A DNA stretch of 64,000 nt from Vulcanimicrobiota bacterium (GTDB lineage Bacteria > Vulcanimicrobiota > Xenobia > Xenobiales > JADMJV01): assembly GCA_050250895.1 (NCBI GenBank), contig JBFWNU010000008.1:305397-369396 (forward strand), written 5' to 3'. The translations under genes were made by a program, and so were the position numbers. Shown here in pieces: positions 28,806 through 38,079 of the stretch (positions are counted from its first letter, which is position 1; each line of letters begins with the position of its first letter). The notes under the pieces were generated by a model, which ran no database searches, was not told the DNA's origin, and saw only the letters and a program-made list of their open reading frames with translations.

Positions 28806-29501
28806 CTATTGGTGCAAGCCGGTCTTGGAGTCAAAGGTAGGATGGTGGCGAGCCGGACAGCGCAACTCGAAGCTATCGTCCTCGTTGAGGGTATAGCGAT
28901 AGGCCGCGCCGTTGGGACAGCGCGGCACCTTCGAGCCAAAGATTGTCTTGAGCTGCGCCGGCAGGCGGGATTGATGAGTGTACTTCCACTCCAGCAAGTC
29001 GTAGCCCATACGATAGAGATTTCCCTTGCATTGCAACTCGACCGGGTGGAGTTCGGAGGGATCGGTGGCGGCCGGCAAGATCTGCAGACTCTCGAAGAAC
29101 TTGACCACGTCGTCGGGTTGCTCCTTACTGCCCGTCCAGGTTGCCTCGAGGGTGATCCGGCGAATGCCCCCCACCACCACATGCAGCCGGCGGGCCGACC
29201 GATAACCGTTGAACGAGAGTTCGGGGGGCACCATCTCTTCCACAGCCGGGAAGCTCTGAAACTCGAACTCCCGCACCTCGCCCTGGAACTCGCGCGGTGG
29301 TGGGGCAGAAGGCGTTCGGGCATACTGGAAATCGCTCATGTTATAGGTCGCTTTTCCGTCGCCAGCCTTGGCGCCGAACGCTTCCATGGCGGGGCGCATG
29401 GGGAACACGACCCGGCAGGTGTCATCCACGGTCGTGAAGGGATAGGGGGTTTGAGCGCAGGCGTAGGCCGAGAGCAGCAGTACCAACAGGAGTCGCTGCA
29501 T
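28806..29501 (-). CDS. Exported protein with a C-terminal pseudopilin-like Cys domain
   Basis: Signal peptide; CKGNL...LP..L....VPRCP...Y.Y......FELRCP..HH. Confidence 0.65.
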   Translation of the reverse strand: MQRLLLVLLLSAYACAQTPYPFTTVDDTCRVVFPMRPAMEAFGAKAGDGKATYNMSDFQYARTPSAPPPREFQGEVREFEFQSFPAVEEMVPPELSFNGYRSARRLHVVVGGIRRITLEATWTGSKEQPDDVVKFFESLQILPAATDPSELHPVELQCKGNLYRMGYDLLEWKYTHQSRLPAQLKTIFGSKVPRCPNGAAYRYTLNEDDSFELRCPARHHPTFDSKTGLHQ

Positions 29502-29854
29502 CAGAAGGCCCCCTCGAAGTGTTCGACCAGGGTCTTGTGGCCCCGGACCGAAACGGCCACCACGTCAAATCGACACTCGCCCTGCCAGTCGAGGCGAGCC
29601 ATGTAGGCCGAGGCCAGTTTGCGTAAGCGGGCTTGCTTGCGACCCTCGACGGCCTCCTGCGGCAGACCGAACGAGTGGCTGGACCGAGTTTTGACTTCGA
29701 CGAAGATCATGATTTGCTGGCAACTGGCGATGATATCGATCTCGCCATAGCGGGTTCTGAAATTGCGCTCAAGGATGCGCATTCCCTTATTTTTCAGCAG
29801 GCTCACCGCGGCCTCTTCGCCGCGATCGCCCAATTCTTGTCTGATCCTGGTCAT
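29501..29854 (-). CDS. yraN: YraN family (UPF0102) PD-(D/E)xK protein
   Basis: G..GE..A, RNFR...GEIDII, FVEVKTR and RFDVV. Confidence 0.95.
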   Translation of the reverse strand: MTRIRQELGDRGEEAAVSLLKNKGMRILERNFRTRYGEIDIIASCQQIMIFVEVKTRSSHSFGLPQEAVEGRKQARLRKLASAYMARLDWQGECRFDVVAVSVRGHKTLVEHFEGAF

Positions 29855-29860
29855 TAGGAC

Positions 29861-29942
29861 ATCATAATTCGGCCGCTCCGGTTAGACAAGAAGACAAAGA
29901 TTCGAAAGGGTTCCCAAACCCGGTGCGGGGAATTGGTATGAT
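29861..29942. promoter_or_regulatory. Back-to-back divergent -10 boxes (TATGAT on each strand), probable leaderless starts
   Basis: Minus-strand TATGAT (29866-29861) is 6 nt before the yraN ATG; plus-strand TGgTATGAT (29934-29942) is 7 nt before in-frame GTG 29950. Confidence 0.55.
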
Positions 29943-29949
29943 TGTGAGA

Positions 29950-31614
29950 GTGGGCCTGAGATATCTGTTGCTGCTTCTCTTCGCCATGCTGGTAGTGGGT
30001 TGTCGCCCCTCCAAGCCGTCGCCTGAATTGACCGACTATCCCTTGCCCCAAGAAACGCCCGAGGCCAGTGAGAGCGGGCAGCCGCTGGAGACTACCACCC
30101 CGCCGCGCGGGACCTACACTCTCAGGGATTACTGGCTCAGGGCCAAGTATCCGGCCGAAGAACAGCAGGCGGTCACCAATCTGCTCGGTGATCTCCTCGG
30201 CTACTACACGCCGGCCGGCCGACGCCAGGCCGAAGCCGAGATCCTGGCCTTTCATCACGTGGTCTTCAATCTCACCCGCTGGCACGATTTGCGCCGCAAT
30301 CATGCTCTCATTCGCAAATTCGAGCCCAAGCTCAAAGAGCTGTGCGAACTGCACGACGTTCCCTTCTTGCCGGTGCTGGGCATCGTCAGTTGGGAGAATT
30401 CTGGCGACGTCAACAAGGTCTCCTGGGCCGATGCCGCCGGATTGGGCCAGATGACCTGGGGGGCGGTGGAGGAGGCGCATAACTATTCGGCCCAACGCTC
30501 GCGCCAACTGCTCGAGGAAGCCCGTTGGAAGAAGTATATGGCCGCCGTCACGGCTGACCCCAAGGCCATGCGCGAGGCGCGCGCGCTGGCCGAGAAGGCC
30601 GCCCGTCTTGATATTCGCCAGCGCCACCACCGGATGGCCAAAGAGGCCAAAGTCAACGATGAGCGGCAGCTGGTGGAATGCAACCTGGAAGATGTGGTGG
30701 TTTTCTACGAGTATCTCTTGTCCAAATACGGTGGCCGGGTCGATCACGGCATCGCCGCCTATCACAAGGGCGTGACCAATCAAGACGATATCATCTACGA
30801 CTATCTCAAGCGCAAAGAACCGAATTTGCCCTATCCCGAGCCGGGCAACCGCGATCTCTTCATCGCCGCCATCGAACGCCACGATGTCACCTATCTCACC
30901 CTCTGGAACGATTCGCGCTCGCGCGAGATGCTCAACGGCCTGCGGACCGTAGAGGGTGAGCCCACCACGCCCTACAACGCTAGCATGGCTCTCGGGGACG
31001 AGTCGGATATCTATCCCTGGAAGGTCATGGGTTCGCTATCGGCCTATCGGGCCGGGCCCGAGCACCTCGAGCGGATGGTCAAGCGCTACAATCGCAATCA
31101 GAGCGAGATCGAGACCGAAGGTTTGCCCGAGTACACCAGCCAGGCGGCTCTGGATGAGGGGATACGCAGGAATCTGCTGACCTTCGCTACCGCTCCCATC
31201 TCGGATGTGGGCTATTCGGGGGGTGGTGGCAGCCGCTATTCGGCCTGCATTACCCGAGAGCTCGACGGCTATCTGTGGGGTCTGGCCAACCGTATGCGAG
31301 CCAGCACCGGCCGCAATGACCTGCGCCTGCCGGTCTCGGCTCTGCACGACGCCAGCGGCAAGCGGGCCAAGCTGCACAGCCGCGGCGTGGCCGCCGTCAT
31401 CGATGGGCGCTACTTGCAACCCGAAGAGCGCACGGCTCTGTCCCGCCTGCTCAAGCGGGACTACCTGGGCGATCGGGTCTATTGGACCAGCCTGCCCGAC
31501 GGGCAGGATGCCATCTGTCTCAACCCGCGTTACGGCAACGAATTTCTCGATCTGCGCAGCAAGGCCGATCCCAAGAGTCCTGGCTCGGGTCAACCCGTAG
31601 ACGGGCCGCTCTAG
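29950..31614 (+). CDS. Lipoprotein with a lytic transglycosylase (SLT)-like domain
   Basis: Lipobox VVGC; WENSG...VSWADAAGLGQM (catalytic E, A.GL.Q) and AAYHKG (AYNxG-like). Confidence 0.72.
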   Translation: MGLRYLLLLLFAMLVVGCRPSKPSPELTDYPLPQETPEASESGQPLETTTPPRGTYTLRDYWLRAKYPAEEQQAVTNLLGDLLGYYTPAGRRQAEAEILAFHHVVFNLTRWHDLRRNHALIRKFEPKLKELCELHDVPFLPVLGIVSWENSGDVNKVSWADAAGLGQMTWGAVEEAHNYSAQRSRQLLEEARWKKYMAAVTADPKAMREARALAEKAARLDIRQRHHRMAKEAKVNDERQLVECNLEDVVVFYEYLLSKYGGRVDHGIAAYHKGVTNQDDIIYDYLKRKEPNLPYPEPGNRDLFIAAIERHDVTYLTLWNDSRSREMLNGLRTVEGEPTTPYNASMALGDESDIYPWKVMGSLSAYRAGPEHLERMVKRYNRNQSEIETEGLPEYTSQAALDEGIRRNLLTFATAPISDVGYSGGGGSRYSACITRELDGYLWGLANRMRASTGRNDLRLPVSALHDASGKRAKLHSRGVAAVIDGRYLQPEERTALSRLLKRDYLGDRVYWTSLPDGQDAICLNPRYGNEFLDLRSKADPKSPGSGQPVDGPL

Positions 31615-34600
31615 CCGAGTTCGGCCAGAAAACGCAGGGCCCCGTCGTGGCCCGGCGCGTAACGCAACACTTCGTGGAAGGTCCTGCTAGCGGCGGCGTT
31701 GTCGCCGGCTTTGAGGTAGCACAAGCCCAGGTTCATCAGGGCGTTGACATCGTCCGGAACCAGTTCGATGGCTTTTTCGAAATGCACCCTGGCGTCGGCG
31801 ATGTTGTTCTGTTTGAACTCGGTCTGGGCCAGTCCGTTGTAAGCGAACGGGTCGGTGTGGTTGCGTTCGAGCGCTTGCTTGAAGGCGGTAACGGCCTGCT
31901 CGAGCTTGTCTTGCTTGAGCAGACAGTAACCCAGGCGGCTATAGGCGTCGGCGTCGTCGGGGTTGGCGGCGATGGATTTCTGGAAGGCCTCTTCGGCGGC
32001 GTCGAGCTGGTCGGTGCGCACCAGGGCCATGCCCTCGATCAGGTGGACGAACGATTCGCTTCCGGCCGGCGGGTCGGCGACAGCGATCTTCGACAGAGCC
32101 ACCCCCTCTTCGTAGCGGGTGTTCATCCAGTCGAGGTGGGCCGCCCACTGGGCTGCGATCAAGCCCGAGTTAGGGAACAATGCGAGCGAGCGGGCGAAAG
32201 CCTCGTTGCCCTTCTCTTTGTCGACGTTCTTGGTCAGCAGGGCGGCCACCAGGGCCACCTTCTCGTCGGGCTCTTTGGTGGCGGCCACCAGTGCCTCGGC
32301 CCGCTCGGTGTCGCCCTGGTTGAGCCAGCCGAAAGCGGCGTCCTTGAGGCGTTCGGGGGTGGCTTCGATACCCGGGGGCAGCGGGTTTTGGTGGTTTTCT
32401 CTGAGAAAGTTCAGGTTGACGGCCATCTGATCCAGCGAATACAGGCTCAAGGGGGCCGAGAACTCGAGCAGCGGACGATCGTCGGTGTTGAAGGGAGCAT
32501 CTCCGGCTGCCGCCAGCGCGGTCTCGCGATCGAAGAGGTAATGACCGAGAATCGACTCGGGCTCATAGAGGCCGATCTCGTAGAAGTGGCGTCTGAGTTG
32601 AGGAACCTCTTGATAGACGTTCTCGAGGCGCTCGAGATCGAACTGGATCGGTTCATTGGAGCCCAACAGCAAGAGGTCTCCCGGAGCCGACTGAAAGACC
32701 AGTCCGTAAGGAAAGACCGTGTAATAGCTCTTGAGCACCATCTTGAGGTCCTGGTTGGAGACGGCGTACAGGTTGAACCACTGGCACATGACTCCACCGG
32801 GCGCCAGACGTCGTGAGCAAGTCTGATAGAAGTCGCGGGTGAACAGGTTGCCGATCCCGGCGATCCAGGGGTTCGACGGCTCGCTGGCGATGATGTCGAA
32901 CTGTTTGGCTGAGCCCAGCACGAAGGTCCGGCCGTCGGTGACGTGCATCTCGACCTTGCCCCCCTCGAGCACGTGGCCGTTGTAGCCGGCCCAGTATTTG
33001 CCCACCTCGACCACGGCCGGCTCGAGTTCGGCACAGTCGATATGCTCGACCTCGGGCACGTTGGCCAGCGCTTGCAGAGTAAAGCCGCTGCCCAGGCCGA
33101 CCACGGCCACCTGCTTGGGAGCGGGGTGGAGCAGGGCGGGCAGATAGCCGGTCAAGAACATGGTCTGCTTGTCGGGACGACCCAACGAGGCGTCGACCTT
33201 GCCGTTGACCCGCATGGCCATCTCTTCGTAACGCTGGCCGTAATAATTGATGCTGACCGTGCAGCTGAGCCCATCGGCGTAGTAGGCCGGAGGTCTGAAC
33301 ATGCTGCGCATCGCCTGGTCGAGGGTGAGGTTCTGGTGGCGACCGGCGTAGATGGCGACTCCGCCGCCCATGACTCCGGGGTTCCATCGCGGCAGGGCCA
33401 CGATCATCAGGGCCAGCAGACCGCTGACCGCCGTCAGAGCTATCGCCTTGCCCTCTCTTTGACCCAAGAAGAGAGCCACCCCCACCAGAAGGTACAGCAG
33501 GGCCGCTACCTTCAGAGTCGATTGGGCTCCCAGGTTGGGAATCATCAAAAAGCCCGCGAGAAACGCTCCGGCAATGCAACCAAATGTATTGGCGCTGTAC
33601 ACCTCGCCCACGCTGCGGCCCAACTCGCTCATGCGTTCGGTGTAGAGGTGAGTGGCCAGCGGGAAGGCCAGTCCCATCAGGAACGTGGGCCCGATCAACA
33701 GCAGCCCCGAGAGGAGGACGTCGAGCATCAGCACCTTGAAGAAGCTGTCACCGACCAGGGGAAAGACCTTGAAAAAGACCAGCGGGAAGTAGCCGAGAGC
33801 CGGAATGGTCAGCCCCGCCAGAGCGCCGATACCCAGTTGCAGCAAGCCCAGATGGGTGAGAGTGGGCTCACGAGAGCCCATAATGCGCGGGTAGAGCAAG
33901 CTGCCCAGTCCCAAGCCGGCCAGGAAGGTGACCAGGATCGAAGAGAAGGCGTAGACAGAAGAGCCGAGAGAGAGCGCCAGTCCTCGGGTCCAGGCCACCT
34001 GCAGGGCCATCGAGGAGATACCCGCCAGGCCAAAGGTCAGGGGCACCACCCAGCCGGCGAACGAGCGGGGATTGGAGGCTTCGGCTGCCGGGGCCGTCTC
34101 GGCTTGTTCGCTTTCGTCGAGCACCAGCCGACCCGAGCGCACCAGCCATACCGCCGAGCAGCCAATGGTGAGGTTGATACAGGCAGCCAGTAGCATCGAC
34201 AGCCTCAAGCCCAGGTTGGGCAACAAGAGAAAACCGGCCAGTCCGGCGCCACTGAAAGCACCCAGGGTGTTGATGCCGTACAGGCGCGATAGCAACCGTC
34301 CGATATCACCCCGTTCGTGGACCAGCAGCCGACTCATCACGGGCACGGTCGCGCCCATGGCCGTGGTGGGGGGCACCAGCACCAGCATCGAGCCCGCAAA
34401 GCAGGCCAGATAGAGGGCCGTGCCCGTCACTCCCGAGGTGGACAGGTGCAGATAGAGCTTCTCGACCAGACTCAGCAAGGGCAGCGATAGCAGCGCCCAC
34501 ACACCGATGCTGGCCTCGAGATAGCCGTAGTAGGCCAGGAAGCGAACCGGGCTGCCCGGCTGGGCCGAGGTGCGGTCGGCCCAACGTCCGGCCAGCAAGC

Positions 34601-34787
34601 TGCCCAGCGCCAACCCCGTCATGAAGGCCGTCAGCACGGTCGATACGGCCAACACTGTGTGCCCAAAACAAAGGGTCAGGCGTCGGGTCCAAAGGACCTG
34701 ATAGATGAGCCCGGTGCTGCCCGACAGGAAGAAGAAGATCATGCTGGCGCGCAGGATCTCGCCGAGTTTGGACCGGTCTGTCGTCAC
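31611..34787 (-). CDS. Fused MFS/spermidine synthase-like protein with C-terminal TPRs
   Basis: Two TM blocks (LYGINTLGA, VYSANTFG), VVGLGSGFT, DGRTF, SEPSNPW, NTDDRPLLEF, then TPR repeats. Confidence 0.92.
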   Translation of the reverse strand: MTTDRSKLGEILRASMIFFFLSGSTGLIYQVLWTRRLTLCFGHTVLAVSTVLTAFMTGLALGSLLAGRWADRTSAQPGSPVRFLAYYGYLEASIGVWALLSLPLLSLVEKLYLHLSTSGVTGTALYLACFAGSMLVLVPPTTAMGATVPVMSRLLVHERGDIGRLLSRLYGINTLGAFSGAGLAGFLLLPNLGLRLSMLLAACINLTIGCSAVWLVRSGRLVLDESEQAETAPAAEASNPRSFAGWVVPLTFGLAGISSMALQVAWTRGLALSLGSSVYAFSSILVTFLAGLGLGSLLYPRIMGSREPTLTHLGLLQLGIGALAGLTIPALGYFPLVFFKVFPLVGDSFFKVLMLDVLLSGLLLIGPTFLMGLAFPLATHLYTERMSELGRSVGEVYSANTFGCIAGAFLAGFLMIPNLGAQSTLKVAALLYLLVGVALFLGQREGKAIALTAVSGLLALMIVALPRWNPGVMGGGVAIYAGRHQNLTLDQAMRSMFRPPAYYADGLSCTVSINYYGQRYEEMAMRVNGKVDASLGRPDKQTMFLTGYLPALLHPAPKQVAVVGLGSGFTLQALANVPEVEHIDCAELEPAVVEVGKYWAGYNGHVLEGGKVEMHVTDGRTFVLGSAKQFDIIASEPSNPWIAGIGNLFTRDFYQTCSRRLAPGGVMCQWFNLYAVSNQDLKMVLKSYYTVFPYGLVFQSAPGDLLLLGSNEPIQFDLERLENVYQEVPQLRRHFYEIGLYEPESILGHYLFDRETALAAAGDAPFNTDDRPLLEFSAPLSLYSLDQMAVNLNFLRENHQNPLPPGIEATPERLKDAAFGWLNQGDTERAEALVAATKEPDEKVALVAALLTKNVDKEKGNEAFARSLALFPNSGLIAAQWAAHLDWMNTRYEEGVALSKIAVADPPAGSESFVHLIEGMALVRTDQLDAAEEAFQKSIAANPDDADAYSRLGYCLLKQDKLEQAVTAFKQALERNHTDPFAYNGLAQTEFKQNNIADARVHFEKAIELVPDDVNALMNLGLCYLKAGDNAAASRTFHEVLRYAPGHDGALRFLAELG

Positions 34788-34872
34788 TTCATGCCTTATA
34801 CTCGCAGGCCCTTGAAATACCTCCAGTTTAGGACTGAAGGACTATCTTGGCACCACCCGAAATCGAGCCAGC

Positions 34873-35967
34873 GTGCGGCTAACTGGTAGGGTTTGGTTCC
34901 TTTTGTTGCTGGTCCTGGTCGTCTCCAGCGCTCAAGCAGAGCCTGGTGACTTCGAGAACTTGCTGGGCGCGGTTCGCCAGCAATTCGAACGCACCGGCAT
35001 TCCCGAAGGTCAGCGCGACCCCGACTGTTGGCTCGAGGCCGATGCCATGCTCGACAAGGTCGCTCTCGAGTCGTTGTTTAGCGACCCGGCCCTGGGGCAA
35101 CTCGATATCGACGCCAAACTCGGTCAGGTTCGCCAGGCCATCGACGGACCGTTCGCCAGGCTCGACACCCTCTTGCTAGTTCAGGCTTTCGATCAGGCCG
35201 CTGGCAATCGAGCCCGGTTTCTCAAGCTGGTGATGCGGCTACCCTGGGGCAAAGAGGCTCCCAATTGGAAATCCAAGGCCGTCAAAGCCCAGGTCGATGG
35301 GCTTTTCACCAACCTCAGCAGCCTGCAGTGGGAGGATGTCGAGGTCTCCTTTTCTTCGCGCTACGAAAAGGCCACCTGGGCCTTCAACGTCACGGCCGCC
35401 TATTTTCCGTTGCGCCGCCGCGTTCGTATCTATGTGTTGGGCTCTTCGCGATGCCCGGTTTCGGGCCGGTCGAAGACGCTGGCCCTCAATCTCAAGGGGC
35501 TCAGCGAGGTCGAGGTCAAAGACGGAACGCGCAAGTTTACGGTGACGCTGCAAGAGACTAGCTTTAAATGCCGAGGCTGCGAACTCGAGTTGAAGGGATC
35601 GTGGACCGACCGCTTTACGGCCCCCTCGGGGCAGGCTGTGGTGTTCGAGAATCGGTTGTTCATGACCGTCAAGGGATCCAACGTGTCGGGGCGCTTGATC
35701 GCCGATGTAACTTCGACCGATGCCAATGGGAAAATGACCGGAGGTCGCATCACCTTCCGGCTGGCCGGTCGTCTCGACATGGACGGTGAACTCGACGCCA
35801 ATCTGACCGGCGATGTCAATCGCCGGGCCCTGGCCTGGATGGACCAGGTGCCCGAGTTACTCAAAGGTAGCTTGAAAGGCTCGGTTCAGGACGGTAGTGC
35901 GCACGGCGAGATGAGCATCAACGGGGTTTCCAACGCTTTCCGCTGGAACGCCGAAGTGGCCAGGTAG
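34873..35967 (+). CDS. Exported hypothetical protein
   Basis: Signal peptide ending AQA; beta-rich C-terminal half. Confidence 0.7.
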   Translation: MRLTGRVWFLLLLVLVVSSAQAEPGDFENLLGAVRQQFERTGIPEGQRDPDCWLEADAMLDKVALESLFSDPALGQLDIDAKLGQVRQAIDGPFARLDTLLLVQAFDQAAGNRARFLKLVMRLPWGKEAPNWKSKAVKAQVDGLFTNLSSLQWEDVEVSFSSRYEKATWAFNVTAAYFPLRRRVRIYVLGSSRCPVSGRSKTLALNLKGLSEVEVKDGTRKFTVTLQETSFKCRGCELELKGSWTDRFTAPSGQAVVFENRLFMTVKGSNVSGRLIADVTSTDANGKMTGGRITFRLAGRLDMDGELDANLTGDVNRRALAWMDQVPELLKGSLKGSVQDGSAHGEMSINGVSNAFRWNAEVAR

Positions 35968-38079
35968 CTAGCGCAGCTTGAACAGTTCGTTCTCGGACGT
36001 TCCGAAATAGACGAAGCCGTCCCATACCACCGGGGAGTAGACCCAACCCTTGGGGATCTTGAATCGCCAGAGCCGACGACCGTCGTCGATTTGCAGGGCA
36101 TAGACCCGGCTGTCCTCGGCTCCGACATAGGCCACGTCGCCGGCGATACAGGCTGGCGAGGTGACCGCCCCGCGGGTCCGATGACGCCACTTTTCTTTGC
36201 CGGTGGCGGCGTCGAAGCCGTAGATGTTGGTGTCTTTGGCGCCGAAAACGAGCACGCCGTTGGCCACGGCCGGACTGGCCTCGATGGGGCCTTCCACGGA
36301 CGCCTTCCACCGCTCCTCGCCGGTGCGCGCGTCGAGCGCGTGCAGAGTCCCTCGGCGGGTGGTCAGATAGACCACCGAACTGTCGACCACGGGCGTGGCT
36401 GCCACCGGGCCTCCGACCGTCTCGATCCACAATTTTGCACCTTTGTCAGCCGACAGGCAGAAGACGCGGCCCTCGAGGTCGGCCGCATAGACCTTGCCGT
36501 CGGCGACGGCTACCCCGCCCGTGAGTCCGGCCTCACAATCGTACTCCCACTCCAGTTGACCACTCAGGTTCAGGGCATAGACCTTCTTGTCCATACTGGT
36601 GAGATACACCAGACCCTCGGCCACGGTGATCGGTCCCAGGATCTGGTCGTTGGTGGGAAAAGTCCAGTTCTTGTTGCCGTCGCTGGTGTTGAGCGCGTAA
36701 AGCCGGCCGTCATGGGAGCCGAAGAGGACCATTTCGCCGGCCAGAGCGGGGCTGGACTGAATTTTCTCTCCGACCTTGAAGTTCCAGATTCGACGACCCT
36801 TCTCGACGTCGTAGCAGTAGAACTCGCCGTCGTCGGAGCCGACGAAGAGACGATTGTCCCCGATCGCCGGGCTGCAGCGGACATCGTCACGCATGCGAGC
36901 CTTCCAAACGATCTCGTTTTGCTCGGTGACGGCCGGGCCAGGGTAAAAGCCGGTGTGGGCGGGACCGCCGGCGAACATCATACCGGCTTCAGTGGCTGCT
37001 GGGCTCTCTTCCGGCAGCAGCGTCTCGCCGGGAGACTCGGTCTCTGTCGGCGTCTCTTCCGGGGTTTCCGAAGGTGGCGGAGCCCCCTGGCTGAGTTCGA
37101 AAATCAGCTCGAAAGCCAGCGCGTCGTGATAGTTGGTCTTGCGGATGTTCGCCGCCCCGCCTAGCGACCAGATCCGTAACAGGTCGGCCAGCTGGCTCTC
37201 GATGGCCGCGCCGTCATTGGCCCAGGCGGCCGCCTGATCGAGGCTGAGAAAGCGAAAGTTCTTGAGATAGGCATCGAGGTCGGCCGGAGGCAGGTCGTTC
37301 TCTTCGGCAATGGCGGTCTTGATCAGGCCGGTCTGCTGGTCGAGCTGACCGATCAAGCCAAACCAGGCCTGAGCAAAGGTGCGAAATTCTTCCTGGCCGG
37401 CCCGGGGGGCGCTTCGCCCGTCGAGTAGCTGACGCGAGGCCACCCAGACGTAAGCCAGCGGCTGGGCCTTGGAAGTGGCCGCCAGGCTCCGGGCTCCCTC
37501 GCTACTCGTCCACGGCTCCCACAGCGCCAGGCCCTGAACCTGCCCGCTCTGGAACCACTCCACCGCCTGGTCGACATCGCGGGCGCCAATCAGTCGAAAG
37601 GTCAGGTCCTGGCTCGAGCGCGCTTTGGAGATGGCCAGATATTCGCTGGAAGTGCCCGGTAGAAAGGCCAGACGGGCCGGCTTGCCGGGTTTTTCGCCCT
37701 TGACCACCAGCTGATCGTAACCCTCCGAGAGCCCGGCCGGAAAAACCAGCAGCCCGGGATCGAACCGACTGACGGCCAGGGAGTATTGAGCCAGGCTGAC
37801 CAGGGCCAGGTCGGTCTCTCCCGAGGCCAGTTTTAGCCAGCCGGTATCAGGCTCGAAGGTCGAGATGTCCAGTTCGAGGTCCGACATCTCGGGCAGGCGG
37901 GACAAGGCTCGCACCGGTAAGCCCGCGGCGCCCGGGCTGACGGCCAGCCGCAAGGTCGGTGGGCCCGTCCACTCGGGTCCGGTGGGAGTGGTGGGAGGGT
38001 GGGTTCGACCCATGAGAAGGAGCACTAAGACGAAGGCGGCCCCCAGCACCACTATCAGCGCGGCCAGCTTTTTGAGCAC
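35968..38079 (-). CDS. Solute-binding (NMT1/SsuA-like) domain fused to a PQQ-type beta-propeller
   Basis: N-terminal TM, GTSSEY and LWEPW of the class II SBP fold, P/E/T linker, about 8 BamB-like repeats (SSPA..G..V.FGS.DG.LYAL). Confidence 0.82.
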   Translation of the reverse strand: MLKKLAALIVVLGAAFVLVLLLMGRTHPPTTPTGPEWTGPPTLRLAVSPGAAGLPVRALSRLPEMSDLELDISTFEPDTGWLKLASGETDLALVSLAQYSLAVSRFDPGLLVFPAGLSEGYDQLVVKGEKPGKPARLAFLPGTSSEYLAISKARSSQDLTFRLIGARDVDQAVEWFQSGQVQGLALWEPWTSSEGARSLAATSKAQPLAYVWVASRQLLDGRSAPRAGQEEFRTFAQAWFGLIGQLDQQTGLIKTAIAEENDLPPADLDAYLKNFRFLSLDQAAAWANDGAAIESQLADLLRIWSLGGAANIRKTNYHDALAFELIFELSQGAPPPSETPEETPTETESPGETLLPEESPAATEAGMMFAGGPAHTGFYPGPAVTEQNEIVWKARMRDDVRCSPAIGDNRLFVGSDDGEFYCYDVEKGRRIWNFKVGEKIQSSPALAGEMVLFGSHDGRLYALNTSDGNKNWTFPTNDQILGPITVAEGLVYLTSMDKKVYALNLSGQLEWEYDCEAGLTGGVAVADGKVYAADLEGRVFCLSADKGAKLWIETVGGPVAATPVVDSSVVYLTTRRGTLHALDARTGEERWKASVEGPIEASPAVANGVLVFGAKDTNIYGFDAATGKEKWRHRTRGAVTSPACIAGDVAYVGAEDSRVYALQIDDGRRLWRFKIPKGWVYSPVVWDGFVYFGTSENELFKLR

